Of a DNA stretch of 64,000 nt, positions 47,618-59,214 are shown piece by piece. Position 1 is the first letter of the stretch. Each line of letters opens with the position of its first letter. Both the position numbers and the translations under genes were made by a program. The notes beneath the pieces are model-generated. The model saw nothing but the letters and a program-made list of their open reading frames with translations. It was not told where the DNA came from and made no database searches. The DNA is from Elsinoe ampelina. Lineage: Eukaryota. Location: NCBI GenBank assembly GCA_010093995.1, contig ML992510.1, positions 1,119,339 through 1,183,338 on the forward strand, written 5' to 3'.

Positions 47618-48553
47618 TCACGATTGACGCAGTGGTAAGCGGTCATCGAACATATACGGTAAGGTCAAGTTGTCCTCCATGACCTGCTGTACCAGACTTT
47701 CTGCGTAATCGTCAACGACAATCGGCGTCATCGGGAAGTTCGTGACTATTTTCCTTTGCTTGACGCAGGGCCGATGGCTCAAACGAAACAATCTTCTGGT
47801 ATTAGATCGTAGTTGGCCGTCCACCCTGATTTCTACGTCAAATTCCTTAGGCTCGACACCATCAAAAACGAGCTCCGAAAAAAGATGCAGCGATCTCCCG
47901 AACACACCACTCGCCGTGGTTTTACGATCCACCAGATTCCAGCCAAGATTACACTCTTTTTGTATGGTAGATGCCTCTTCCTTGTTCGCAGTGAAGACCC
48001 AGCAATCTACCTCAGTGCCCTCCATCGCTCTGCTTGCACCGACCCCGCCCACATCGAAGAAATTGGTTGCGCTAATCGACGGCATCACCTCTCGATTACT
48101 CGTGACTGAGATCTCTCGGGGCGAACCTCGCAGTTCTTGAGGGTGTACGAGACCCAGTCTGGTCGTGCATGGAAAGAGTAGATCGCCTCGAGCGCTGCGG
48201 AGCTTGAACCCCGGGGGGTGTCGGAAGTATATGCGCAATACCAGCAGGCCACAGGCTTCTCCTTTGCCGTTGTTTGTCCCGGAATCCTTAAATCCCCATC
48301 TCGTGGTCTGCTGCAAGCTTATCATCACACGGGCTTTGGCGACCTCGTAGCTACCGAGCGGTTGGTCTCCTCCAGGACATGTGAAGAGTTTCTGTGCAGG
48401 CAATGGTGTTGTGGAGGCGTTTTCAAGAAGCATACTGTCGTAATTTGTGTACCTCCGTAGTTTTCTGGCCTGAGCCGGAGCTGCTGAAGTGGTGCTCGTG
48501 GCCTGTGTGGGCGGCGCATTTGTCGATGATGTTGAAGACGATGCGGCCGCCAT
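47618..48553 (-). CDS. Hypothetical beta-rich protein convergent with the NLR
   Basis: 311-aa ATG-initiated ORF with alternating hydrophobic/polar strands; no named domain recognised. Confidence 0.65.
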   Translation of the reverse strand: MAAASSSTSSTNAPPTQATSTTSAAPAQARKLRRYTNYDSMLLENASTTPLPAQKLFTCPGGDQPLGSYEVAKARVMISLQQTTRWGFKDSGTNNGKGEACGLLVLRIYFRHPPGFKLRSARGDLLFPCTTRLGLVHPQELRGSPREISVTSNREVMPSISATNFFDVGGVGASRAMEGTEVDCWVFTANKEEASTIQKECNLGWNLVDRKTTASGVFGRSLHLFSELVFDGVEPKEFDVEIRVDGQLRSNTRRLFRLSHRPCVKQRKIVTNFPMTPIVVDDYAESLVQQVMEDNLTLPYMFDDRLPLRQS

Positions 48554-49251
48554 CGCTCCGCTGGTGGGCGCTTATCGTTGTACGGTCCGTGAGGATTGGA
48601 AGCGAAGGCGTAACTGAAGCGGGTCACTCGACGCCCTCAGAGGGTGGATGGCCGGGCCATGAATGAGTAACACAACGATGCAGAACAGCGAATCGTAAAG
48701 GCAACGATGCATGCATTTGAAGAATAGTACTGCTTGATCCCCGCTCAAGCTGTTCCGCACAGCTCCAACACACTCTTGAACGAGGCTTGTGCCTGAAATA
48801 CACAACGTACCAATCAGATTGCGTGTTGGCTTGTGTCACTGATCGGGTACCTTGCCCAGGTGAAGAGGGTAAGATGGAGCTATTGAGATCAACTCAGCGC
48901 ATCCAAGTTCCACGAATTATTTTGGGAGGGGCGAAGCATTGCAGGAGGCGGTGATACTGTGGCCGATCACAGCCTGAAATGTAGCCGGATGCGATTTCTC
49001 GACACCATGATATGATGCAGTTTACAATGTTAATGCCAGAGTGTAGAAAATCTCACTTAGTGTGCGTTGAGAGCAGGAAAAGGCTTTCACCAGGTCTGAC
49101 TGCTATCATTCGGAGAGAAGCGACACAAAGCCATCAATAAGAGGCACGATTGTGAATCAGATATGTACAAGAAGAGAGCATCCCCCCAGTCACAGGGACG
49201 GCGCATGTCCCTTCATCTGCAATCGCGCTATCCGGGCTCACTCCGAGGCAC

Positions 49252-50087
49252 CTATGGAGTGGCCACAGCCACCCTGGCATAAGTAGCAGGCAACGGTTGC
49301 GTAGCCACAGGCTTCGCAGGATCCGCAGTGAAAGGCGGAAACGAGCCACCCTTGGGGTAGACTTCGATACCAGGCATAGTATAGTTGACCATTGGGGGCC
49401 AGTAAGGGTTGAAGAAGATACCAGGATCACGAGCATTGTCTGTTCATGTCAGCCCCATCCCACCCTTCTACCACGTCACTTACAAATCCCAGGAAACTTC
49501 CCCACCGGACTCGGCGTCCCTCCCGCGGCGCCCGAGACCTCGATCTGGGCACACCCAATATAAAACTGCGTCCCACCCACGGTCCCGGCACCATGAACAG
49601 CCACATGCTCCCCGCGCAACAAATACTGGCCATTGGGAATCTGACTCGGCACCTTGAAGGTATAATTCCTCCACCCATCCACCATCCAAGTCATACTCAC
49701 GCTATAATTCCCGAAAGTCCTGACACCCTGCTCGTAGACCTTGAACCAATCCCCATCACCCTGGTAGTTCCTCACGTCCGCCACCGTGGAGCGGGACATG
49801 TACGCGAACAACGGCCCCGGATGGCCGAGGACGTCGCGGATGGTGAAGCCGACCGTGTCGCCCGGTTTGACGGGGAAGACCTTTGTGCGGGAGGCGGAGG
49901 CGAAGGAGCCGTTGTTGCAGCGGATGTCAGGGTGGGAGACGTCGAGGAAGGGCGAGTTGGAGACGAGTTGCGGCAGTTGGCGGACGTATTCGTAGGGTTC
50001 GGTGGCGACGCCGTTGACGATTAGGCGTTCGAAGTTGTAGTGCGCGAGGGCGGGGGCCGCTAGGGCCAGGAGGGGGAGGAGGTGCAT
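49252..50087 (-). CDS. AA9 lytic polysaccharide monooxygenase; intron near 49440-49483
   Basis: Signal peptide followed by His1 (HYNF), then HPGP, GDWFKV, YLLRGEHVAVH and QFYIGCAQ. Confidence 0.95.
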
Positions 50088-51705
50088 GGTGAACGGAACG
50101 GAAAGGGGGGACGTAGCCGGTACGTCGGAGAAGTGAAAGGTGGTGGTGGTGGTCAGGGAAGGGGGGGGGAGAAGGGCTGATAGAAATGGGATATATAGAT
50201 TGCTTACGGATGGGATGCTTTCGATGCCATGACACGAGGAGATGCTATCAGGACTGTTTGCACAGTGGGGATGTATGTAACAGAAGGACGGCGTCAAGCA
50301 GGCGAGGTCGAAAAGAGTGTTTCGGAGCAAGTGGCCGTTTGCCCTGATTGGAGCGGAACCTTGTGACAAAAAACCTGGGGTAGAGAGATTCCGTCCAGTG
50401 GGCGACGGTCAAGGCCGCGGATGGCGTCAAAGCGAAATGAAAGTGTTACGGAGCGTCAGAGGAGATGGCCCGGTCGTCGCAGGAGTCGGCAGATTGGAGG
50501 GTGGTCTTGTGAGGTCCGCTGGGGTGTTGGCGGTGGGCGCTGGGCGTTTCAGTGGGGGGTGACCGGGTTGATAAAAGCAAAGGCTCGGTGGAAGATGCTC
50601 CGGGGAGGAATGAGGATGTACAAGTGCTTGGTGGCGTTGTGCTTGGAAGATGCAGGACGTGTTGGGTGACCTGGATGAGGTACAGGAGGATCTGTCGCCA
50701 AGCATATGCACTCGCCTCAACCAGTGTCCACCCTTGCAGCATACCAAGTCCGCCTCTCCTCTGTCACGCCGCGGTTGAGCCAGACCGAACCCGCCCGCTC
50801 GGCTCCTCCAAGGCATCATCATCCTGGCTGCTGCAGGTCCAGAAGGATTCACTTTCCCGACCTCCCTCCCGCTCTCCGACCTCCGTCCTCTGCCCTTGCG
50901 ATACAAGTCCGTCATACCGAACACAAAGCACTGTGATGTCCTCTAGACCCACCTCTCCATCTGCAGATCCGGACTCTGACCCCTGTCGCGCACAAAATGA
51001 CAGGCGAGGTGCAGCGCGAGAGTCCTTCAACGGCCGGGACAGCTCAACGGTGGTCAACGGTGGTCAACGGTAGACGCGCATAGGAGACGTCCTCTCGTGC
51101 CTGGCCTGCATGCAAGAAACGAAATGGCAGGACGAGGAGGTCCCTGTCTCTGATGCGCCTTTCTGTGTGGTTGTGTAGGATGTGAATCAGGAACAGCCGG
51201 TGGTCATGCACTGAGTATAGTCTTGGTGAGACATGGCTTGCTCGCTATCGAAGAAAAATGTCAGGTTTGTGTCACCACTATTTGCAGGAGAGAAATCACG
51301 CCACAAGGAGGAAACTGAGTGTTCTGGATCCTGTCTGTATTCTGGAACCTGTCCATTGTTTGATGCATGGGGATGCAAGGAATAGCTATGTACATTGAAG
51401 CTTTGAATGTGGGTACATGAAGTGAAATTTGTTTGACAAAGGAACATATGCTGTCCTGCCTGATCCCTTCCTATCCTGCCATGATGTGTACATGATCCCT
51501 GATGTGAATGCCGGAAACTCGTCCGCAATGTCGCTGGAACGCTGAAGCTGTATTTTGAGTTCGGGGTTGATCCAACCCGCTGTAAATGCCAGATGTCGAT
51601 AGCATGAAGGCGGTCTAGCCGTAGCCGCTGTAGTCGTGGTGGTATCAAGGTGTCGTGGTGAGTCGTCATAATTGTCGCTAAAGCACAAAGGAACATGATC
51701 AAGCA

Positions 51706-52245
51706 CTACGATGACCATGACCAATGTACGTCAAGCTCCTCGGGGTGAACCCACGAATTCCAGCCGGGCTGTTGCCAGAAGTTGCCGGGGAGGTTGAGTG
51801 TGCCAGCAGCGGACCGCTTCTTGCATTCCTTGTGCTTTTCACGCTTCTCCTCTTCCGATGCAGTGGCATTGTTGGCGTCAGGACAGTCCTCGACGTCACG
51901 ACGCTGAATCGACAACCATGTCTCCCCGTATTGATAAGAGACGCCGCCGTAGATGAACGAGGTCTTGCCGTCTTCGCAGGTAGCGTAGCCACTCATGGGG
52001 AGCGCTGTCCGGCATTGTGTCTCGTACTTTGTGTTGGGATCAGAGAATGTGAAGGTGAGCTCGGCGTCCGAAAATGGCTGCTCCCTCAACGAGTAAACCA
52101 TCCATGGTGACTTGTCCGGGTCCTGCTCCTTTGCACCACCGGGGATGTTGGCGGAGAGATGATTCGAATCGTACTGGGGAGTGGGGGCCGCGTGTGATAG
52201 AGGGGCGGCCAGTAGGACGGCGGGGAAGAGCGTTGACAGTCTCAT
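51706..52245 (-). CDS. Small secreted 4-Cys protein (effector candidate)
   Basis: MRLSTLFPAVLLAAPLSHA signal peptide; 179 aa; 4 Cys. Confidence 0.75.
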   Translation of the reverse strand: MRLSTLFPAVLLAAPLSHAAPTPQYDSNHLSANIPGGAKEQDPDKSPWMVYSLREQPFSDAELTFTFSDPNTKYETQCRTALPMSGYATCEDGKTSFIYGGVSYQYGETWLSIQRRDVEDCPDANNATASEEEKREKHKECKKRSAAGTLNLPGNFWQQPGWNSWVHPEELDVHWSWSS

Positions 52246-53650
52246 TTTGAGAAGTGTGATGTGTGCGAGACGTGCTTCGAAGAGATGAAAAGGCGTTGAC
52301 AAGATGCAGGTAATCTGTCAACTAAAGTTATCTGCCCTGTGGATACAGATAGGGCCGTGGCTTGGCTATGGAAATTTGCAGAACCAGGATCCAGGAACGA
52401 GTGTCTTTGGGGGAGATAAGACAACAGATGTGGGTTGTCGAGAACTTTTTTACTTTTGCCGCTACTAAAAGAAGATGGTCGAGTTGGACGTCAAAAGGGA
52501 GGTGGTGGGAGATAGATATGCGGTGCTTGCGTACCTGCCGCAAAGGGGTGGGGGCGAGAAGAAGGGAGTGGATAACAAGGTGGCAGCGAACAGGACGATG
52601 ATGAGGGAGGCTCTCAAACCCCCTGTTGCTGCCGGAGAGGCACCACCCAATCGTCGTGCGTAGACCTGAAACGCTGCTGAGGGTGCCAGTCTTTTTTGCC
52701 AAAATGCTGGGCTAGCTGACTTCCGGGGCTGGAAAGGCTACGGGTACCTTTAACCTTTAGCTTAGACCCCCCTACTGTACAAGCCGCAGACAAGCCGCTG
52801 GGAAAGCTGCACGTCTCCAGATAGGCGTCAGGGAAAAAGTCCACGGGCTGGTCTGTCCTCCCACCGTGAGTTTAGCTGAACTTGGCGCGGTGGGTCCAAC
52901 TGCGCCTTTGATCTGGTTTGCTGTCATTCAAATCTCACAAAAATTGATCGAGAGTTTAGCTGAACTTGGCACATTTTACTGCATGATGAAATCAAAGAGG
53001 CCGGACATGGGCGAAATTGGGGTTGGTCTGGTTGGTGTTGCTATCCCAACACTTTTGACCAACACTAACACAAGCTTACTCTTCAGTCGCATCTTGATTC
53101 GGACGTCCGACTCACGCTGAACTATGCGTGTCGATGCCATCATCGAATCTGCAGAGCCTCATTTGAGACTGCGCAAGCCGCCGCAGTCTATTCGTCACCC
53201 TCGTGTCCGTTCTTCCGGGAATTAGCTCAGAAGATAGAACGAGAAACCGATCACGTCTGATCATGGTGGAGAGGGATCGACCTCAATTAGCCCACCGGAT
53301 GTGCTGACACGGAGTCAGTCGCAGACGACGAAATTACGAGCGTCAGTTGCTCTTTTCTGTTTCGGCGGCCAAGACGATTCGCTGCCTCAGGTCTGAAGAC
53401 GCGAACCCTCGCGGCGTTTGCACCGTCGTGACCATCACCTCCCGCTAACTTCATGTCTGAAACACGCCTGCTGCACTTCTCGAGAGACACCCCCCCAGAA
53501 TCTCTGTATCACCAGTCCGCATCGGGCAGCCACCACGAGAAATGGTCGTTTTTGCAAATCGTATACAACCCGGCATCCGAGTATTAGCATAGATGTCATG
53601 CAGATACTTTAGGTCACACAGGTCAGCCTGCTGAGTACCGCATCATCAAT

Positions 53651-54784
53651 TCACAACCCTTGCAGAGAATCCCATGTCCTTTTCAACGCATCCACCGCAC
53701 CCTCCCTGGCTTCCTGCACAATTTCCGCCGCTGGTTGAGTTCTATCGACCAATCCTACACCTGTACCAGCGTAAGTTGTCAGCCTCCCATCGCTGTCGTC
53801 CCAACCCTGGTCTCCCTTCTTCATTGCTTCATCGTAAAGTTTCTTATTCTCTTCCAGGGGCATGCCCTTTTCCCAATCATGGTAGCTGGCGTTCAAAACA
53901 CCTCGTCCTCCGTAGTGTTTCGGCCATTCTGTTGTACCTCGGAGCGTATCGTATACACCGCTACGGACTGTGCTGACACCGCCGTCCCTGGCTCTGAGCA
54001 CCGCATCGCGGTACCCCTTGGCGAGTGTCGCTTCTTCTGCAGCAAGGAATTTGGTCCCAAAACATATACCTTGAGCACCGAGGGTCAGTGCGGCTGCTAT
54101 CCCACGTCCCTCCATGATACCGCCCGCGGCAATATACGCCGGCGCTTTGAAACCCTTTTCCTTGCTGAGCTTACTTACAGAGGCAATCACCTCAGGTAAG
54201 AGCGGTATCAGACCAGCACCATGGGTAAGTCCATGACCACCAGCATCCTGACCTTGCACGACCAGCACATCTGGCTTTCCATATTCCACCGCAGCAAGAG
54301 CCTCGGCCACAGTCCCAATCTGAACCCACACCTTGGTCTGGTTGTCCGTCGCCTTCCTGATCTCAGAACTCCAGTCGGCCAAGTGTGATAGCTCCCTCGG
54401 TGCAAACAACCAGATGGCGGCAGGACGCGAATCAGTCGCCGAGATCAAAGGCGTCACATCCGCAGGCTTCAGACCCCAGCAAAGAAATCCTACACCGACA
54501 GGAAGTGTTCCATTCGACGTGCGAAGTGGCGATGGAAGCTTTGATACGAGTCCGCGAGTCCTCTTGAGCTCTGCCCCAAGGAACGAGACATCAGAACCAG
54601 CCCCTATGAAGCCCAGACCACCTTTGCATACGATGTCAGCAAGATTGTAGTAGAAACAGAAGATGTATCATGTACCTGCTGCAGACACAGCTACCGCTAA
54701 TGGTGCAAGTGCAATCAGCCGCATGGGTGCACAAGAGATTAATGGTCCCTTTACCCTAGGGTAGTCCGCGAGAAGTGATGCCAT
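53651..54784 (-). CDS. Nitronate monooxygenase / 2-nitropropane dioxygenase family; intron near 54622-54675
   Basis: PLISCAPM..LAVAVSAAGGLGFIG, QGQDAGGHG and IAAGGIMEGRG motifs. Confidence 0.92.
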
Positions 54785-55792
54785 GATTAAAAGGCTTCGC
54801 GATACTAGACAGAGTCGGCGAGAATATATCAGTGCTTCCAATGACCTCTACATGTTGAAAATGCTTACCCCGGAAAACATGCCTCCGTTCATGCGGCGGG
54901 TCAAACAACGACGCCGGTACCGGTATCGCCCTCCTTGGCCACCTGAAGCTCTGAGCCTCGAAGCTGGACGCAACCGCAGTCGGAGTTGGACCAGTGCGAT
55001 CCAGAAAGCTCTCAACCTCGTTCAATGCCACAATTATGTATATTGTTTGCCAGGAATCGTGCCCGTATACAGACATGGTTGGGGTCACCGGCATACTGTG
55101 ATGTGTTCCAAGTGGCGAGAGATGGCTCCAGCCTGGACACGCCCGGGAGGTAAGGGCACTCATAAGCACCTCACGAGGTTCGCATCGAGCTAAGACACTG
55201 GCAGAAACAAGTCCAGGTGAGAATCCTGCACATATGACACCTACCATGAAGTAATGAGTATTCAACTCACTGCATAATCTATATCTTGCACGGTATCTGT
55301 CTTTGGCTTGTTTACTGATACCGGAGACCTTTCGTAATCCACTCCGCATAACGATATGGACATCATCGAGTTGTGCCCTTCACTGGTGGACCCTACCGTA
55401 TGGGAGGATCCAGATAATGGCAAGCTGGGCTTGGAGCTTCTGAGCAATGAAAAGGCTCAGACGTTCGTGGACGAGGTGGCTCAATCCTTTTTGGTGCAGC
55501 TCAGTCGAGACCGCGAAAGAAGCAAGATGACAGAATCATCCAAGACACCTTTCCCCGCCCTCCGCCGGGCCAAGACTTCTTCATCTCACCTCCCCGCCCC
55601 GATCGATGACACCAAATCCTGCCGTCGCTTTGAAATGCTTGTGTACGCTCGACATGCAGGTCAGCAGCCAATCTGACCGGAATCCCCGTGTTACGAGGTC
55701 CCCTTGACGTAGCTTGTGATCAATATGGAGAGCTGCTGTCCCCTACTTTGTATCTCTTCCGTAGCGGACAGCAGAATCAGCAAGCAAGTATT

Positions 55793-57351
55793 ATGGGTCA
55801 TTTCAACTTCTTATCGTTCTTCTTCCTCCTGACCACCAGCTTCTGCAAAGTCGCTGCACAATCAACACTCTTCGAACGTGGCACAGTCATCACCTTCAAT
55901 GAAGAGCAACAAGATTTCGAAGTGCTCCGCGAGACTTCAGTACTTGTGACTGGTGACACCATTACTGCCATCTTCCCTTCCTCCGGCAACGCCTCCGTCA
56001 ACATCCCCGCAGGTGTCACTCGTATCGCCGCAGACAATGCCATCCTCTCGCCTGGCTTCATCGACACCCATCGGCATGGCTGGCAGACGGCATACCGAAC
56101 CATGGCATCGAACACCACCCTGTCAGATTATGCTATCAGGATCGGACCGACTTCCTCGATTCCTGCAGCATTCACTGACGAGGACTTCTACCTAGGAGAA
56201 CTGATTGGCCTATGGGAAGGTCTAGATGCTGGCGTGACAGGCGTGCTCGACTACTCACATGGCTTCAGATCTCCTGCTGCCTCTTCGGCTCTTCTGGATG
56301 CTTATCTCGAGAGTGGCGCTCGGATCTGGTTCTGCTACGGCTTCAGTGATGCCAATGGATCCTTCCCACTGACCCAGCGCATTGCTGACTACCGAGCCAA
56401 AGCTCAAGATCCACGTTTGGCAGACAGCTCAGTAGTTATGGGAGCTGCCTTTGATAGCTGGGCTGCTGGTGCTGAGGCGATCGCACCACTTCTCGACTTC
56501 CTCAGGTACGCATTCCCGGATTAATCTGACAAGACTTGCTGACAGGTAACTGCAGGAACGATAACATCTCAGTCCTCTCTACTCACTACGTCGACGGCGT
56601 CTGGGGCTTTAGGAATTCCCCAAGCCTGCTCCGACAATTTGGCCTGATCAACGAGACCTTCCCAATCATCTTCGCTCACGCATCACTCATCCCCACCGCA
56701 GAGTATGAGATCTTGCGTCAATTCAACCACTATATCTCCATCGACCCCGAATCTGAATCTCACTATGGCCACACCAATGACGAGTCGGATTATACCATGG
56801 ATCAAGGCGCTCTCGGCGTCGACACCCACGCCACATATTCCGGCGATATCGTTACTCAAGCTCGTCTTTGGCTGCAACAAGTTCGTGCTCGATCATTCAG
56901 AAAGCTACTCCTGGACTGGAGAGTGCCCAGCACAAACCCGATGTCGGTTAAACAAGCCTTCCACCTGGCGACACGCTCCGGCGCACAGGCTCTCCGCCGT
57001 ACAGACCTTGGTGTCATTCGAGTGGGAGCAAAAGCGGATATTGTCGTCTTTGACGGCACAAGGATGAGTCTCCTCGGCTTCCGGGACCCTATTGCGGCTA
57101 TCATACTCCATTCCAACCCAGGAGATGTGAGAGATGTCATGGTGAATGGTAGATTTGTCAAGCGGGACGGGAGATTGTTGGCACCGAATCTTGCGAATGT
57201 CTCAGCGGCGTTTGCTAGGACGGCCCCGAGGATTCAGGATGTGATTGAGGCTGCTCCGTTGTCGCCTGTGGAAGGGACTTGGTCGAGTGGGTATCCTTAT
57301 GGTCAGCCGAGGAGGGTTGATGCTGTGAGGGGGAACGGGACGGGGTATTGA
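55793..57351 (+). CDS. Metal-dependent amidohydrolase (MTA/SAH or deoxyadenosine deaminase-like) with a predicted signal peptide; intron 56506-56555
   Basis: PGFIDTHRH, FAHA, PESE, ALGVDT, GAKADIVV and VMVNG motifs. Confidence 0.87.
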
Positions 57352-57823
57352 GTCATCACATATCCGCCTGGACAAGGACGGTCGCGTGCAGTGGCAGACT
57401 ACGAGACGTATTTGCCATGGTATGATGAATGTGGCAGAGTTCAAGCTTTCTCAGTCGTGTCGCCTGCCATCACGAGCGTGACATGTTGACATCTTTCACA
57501 TCTGAAATGAACCCAATTTTTACACTTCCTCATTGAACTCCTCCCATATTCCGACTTCGACACAAATACCACGACTTGTCCATACTCCCTTGAAAGAATC
57601 TGAGTGTAGGGTTTGAGCATTTGAATATGCTTTGATGACCCACAATTATTCGCGTTGAGCATTCACAGCCAACCATTTGAGCCGCAATCGACTTTCACCT
57701 CGCCCATGTTCCGCCAGCGAACTTCACTTTCATCCAAGTGAGCATCCACCCATATTTCTACCAGCGCTCCTTCCCGGGGAGTCGCGCTTGCCTTTCTAAC
57801 ATATTGGATATAATCTCGCAAAG

Positions 57824-58542
57824 ATGAACGCGCCAGACAGGTACGTCCCCTCCTCCTCTCCTTCCACATCCTTTCTCCATCGACCGAAAAATCCACATCT
57901 CCAAGCGCACACGAACCATGCCTTCACCAAGCAAGCGCACCGCCACACCTTCTCCCCGCAAGAAGACAGGCCACCGTGTAGGCGCAGACTACTTCAGCTT
58001 CGGCTTCGTTAGTAGCGCAGCCCGCGAATCAGCACAAATCACAAACTACCTCCCCCTCTCGAACAAATGCCCACGTATCGAGCACGGGTGTCAAGAAATG
58101 GGCGCTAACGACGATGAAAGGCACGAGTTGTTCCTACTAGGGGAAGGAGAGAAGAAGGTTACGTTCCAGACGGAGACGAGTAGGTCGCCCTTTGCACAAC
58201 CCACGTCTGAATAGGGTCAGGAAGAGGATCAGTAGCTGACACATGACAGGAGTACCCAACGCCACGCTCTTCACTTTCCGCAAAGAAGACCACACCCTCG
58301 CCAACCTCCTCCGAGCCCGTCTGCTCACATCTCCGAAAGTCCTCTTCGCAGCATACAAGGTTCCACATCCTCTGTTCGCAAATTTTGAACTGCGAGTGCA
58401 GACGGACGGGAGCATCAGCCCCAAAGACGCGGTGGTGCAGGCTTGCGCGGATATTGTGCAGGATCTGCAACGACTGGATCAGAACTTTGATACCGAGTGG
58501 GAGATCAAGAAGATTGCGCTGGGCGAGGGAGGGGGGATATAA
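57824..58542 (+). CDS. RPB11: RNA polymerase II subunit RPB11; introns 57841-58120 and 58180-58249
   Basis: Spliced MNAPDRHELFLLGEGEKK..KEDHTLANLL..AYKVPHPL..LRVQTDG. Confidence 0.96.
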
Positions 58543-59214
58543 TTCTGCTTTGAGGACGGCCGGACGAGGGTGTGTCAACGATATGAGGGGCGGGTAACAG
58601 GCAAGCTTGGTTGGTTGAGAAGGCAGCTACGAGGGCGTCCAGGTTTGGGCGGGCAGGAGGACTTGGGCGTGAGAGAGCAAGAAGAGATGGTGGGAGCATC
58701 CAGCTTGGGCGGTCAGCAGGGCATTGGGCGGCGTTTTTGGAGGGCGAGGCAAAAGTTACAACAGGAGACTATGAGATATGATACCCATCCAGAGGACCAC
58801 CAAGAATGAGAGCACCATTACAAGAAACTTATCGGCTGCATCGGAGCAGTCTACTCTCTCCATCACTTCCTTTGTCACGCCTGTCTTTCGTGAGAATCTG
58901 CAAGCCTCCATGGACCAACAGGGTCAAAAACATAATCTGAAAAATCGTGATAGTACTATTATCCCTCCCATCCCAGGGCTCAATCACTACATACATTTTT
59001 CCCGCCGCAAAGAACATCATCAACAACAACCCAAAAGGCATTGCGGTGCGGTATCTGCCTTTATTTTCTCCTCCACTCCCACCAACCCAAACGCCCTGTC
59101 CATTGCGGTACGTAAAACATCACTATCCATCCCCATCATTGATCCCCTTTGTCCTGCCCACTACTAAAGAATAGCAGAGTATTTACATCTCCCCTCATCC
59201 CACCCTCGCCTCAC

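Noticed and set aside
48880..48887. Isolated CTATTGAG motif
   Set aside because: A single 8-mer is expected by chance in a window of this size.
54783..55676. Short ORFs between the nitronate monooxygenase and the amidohydrolase
   Set aside because: No recognisable motifs; the region is a divergent promoter.
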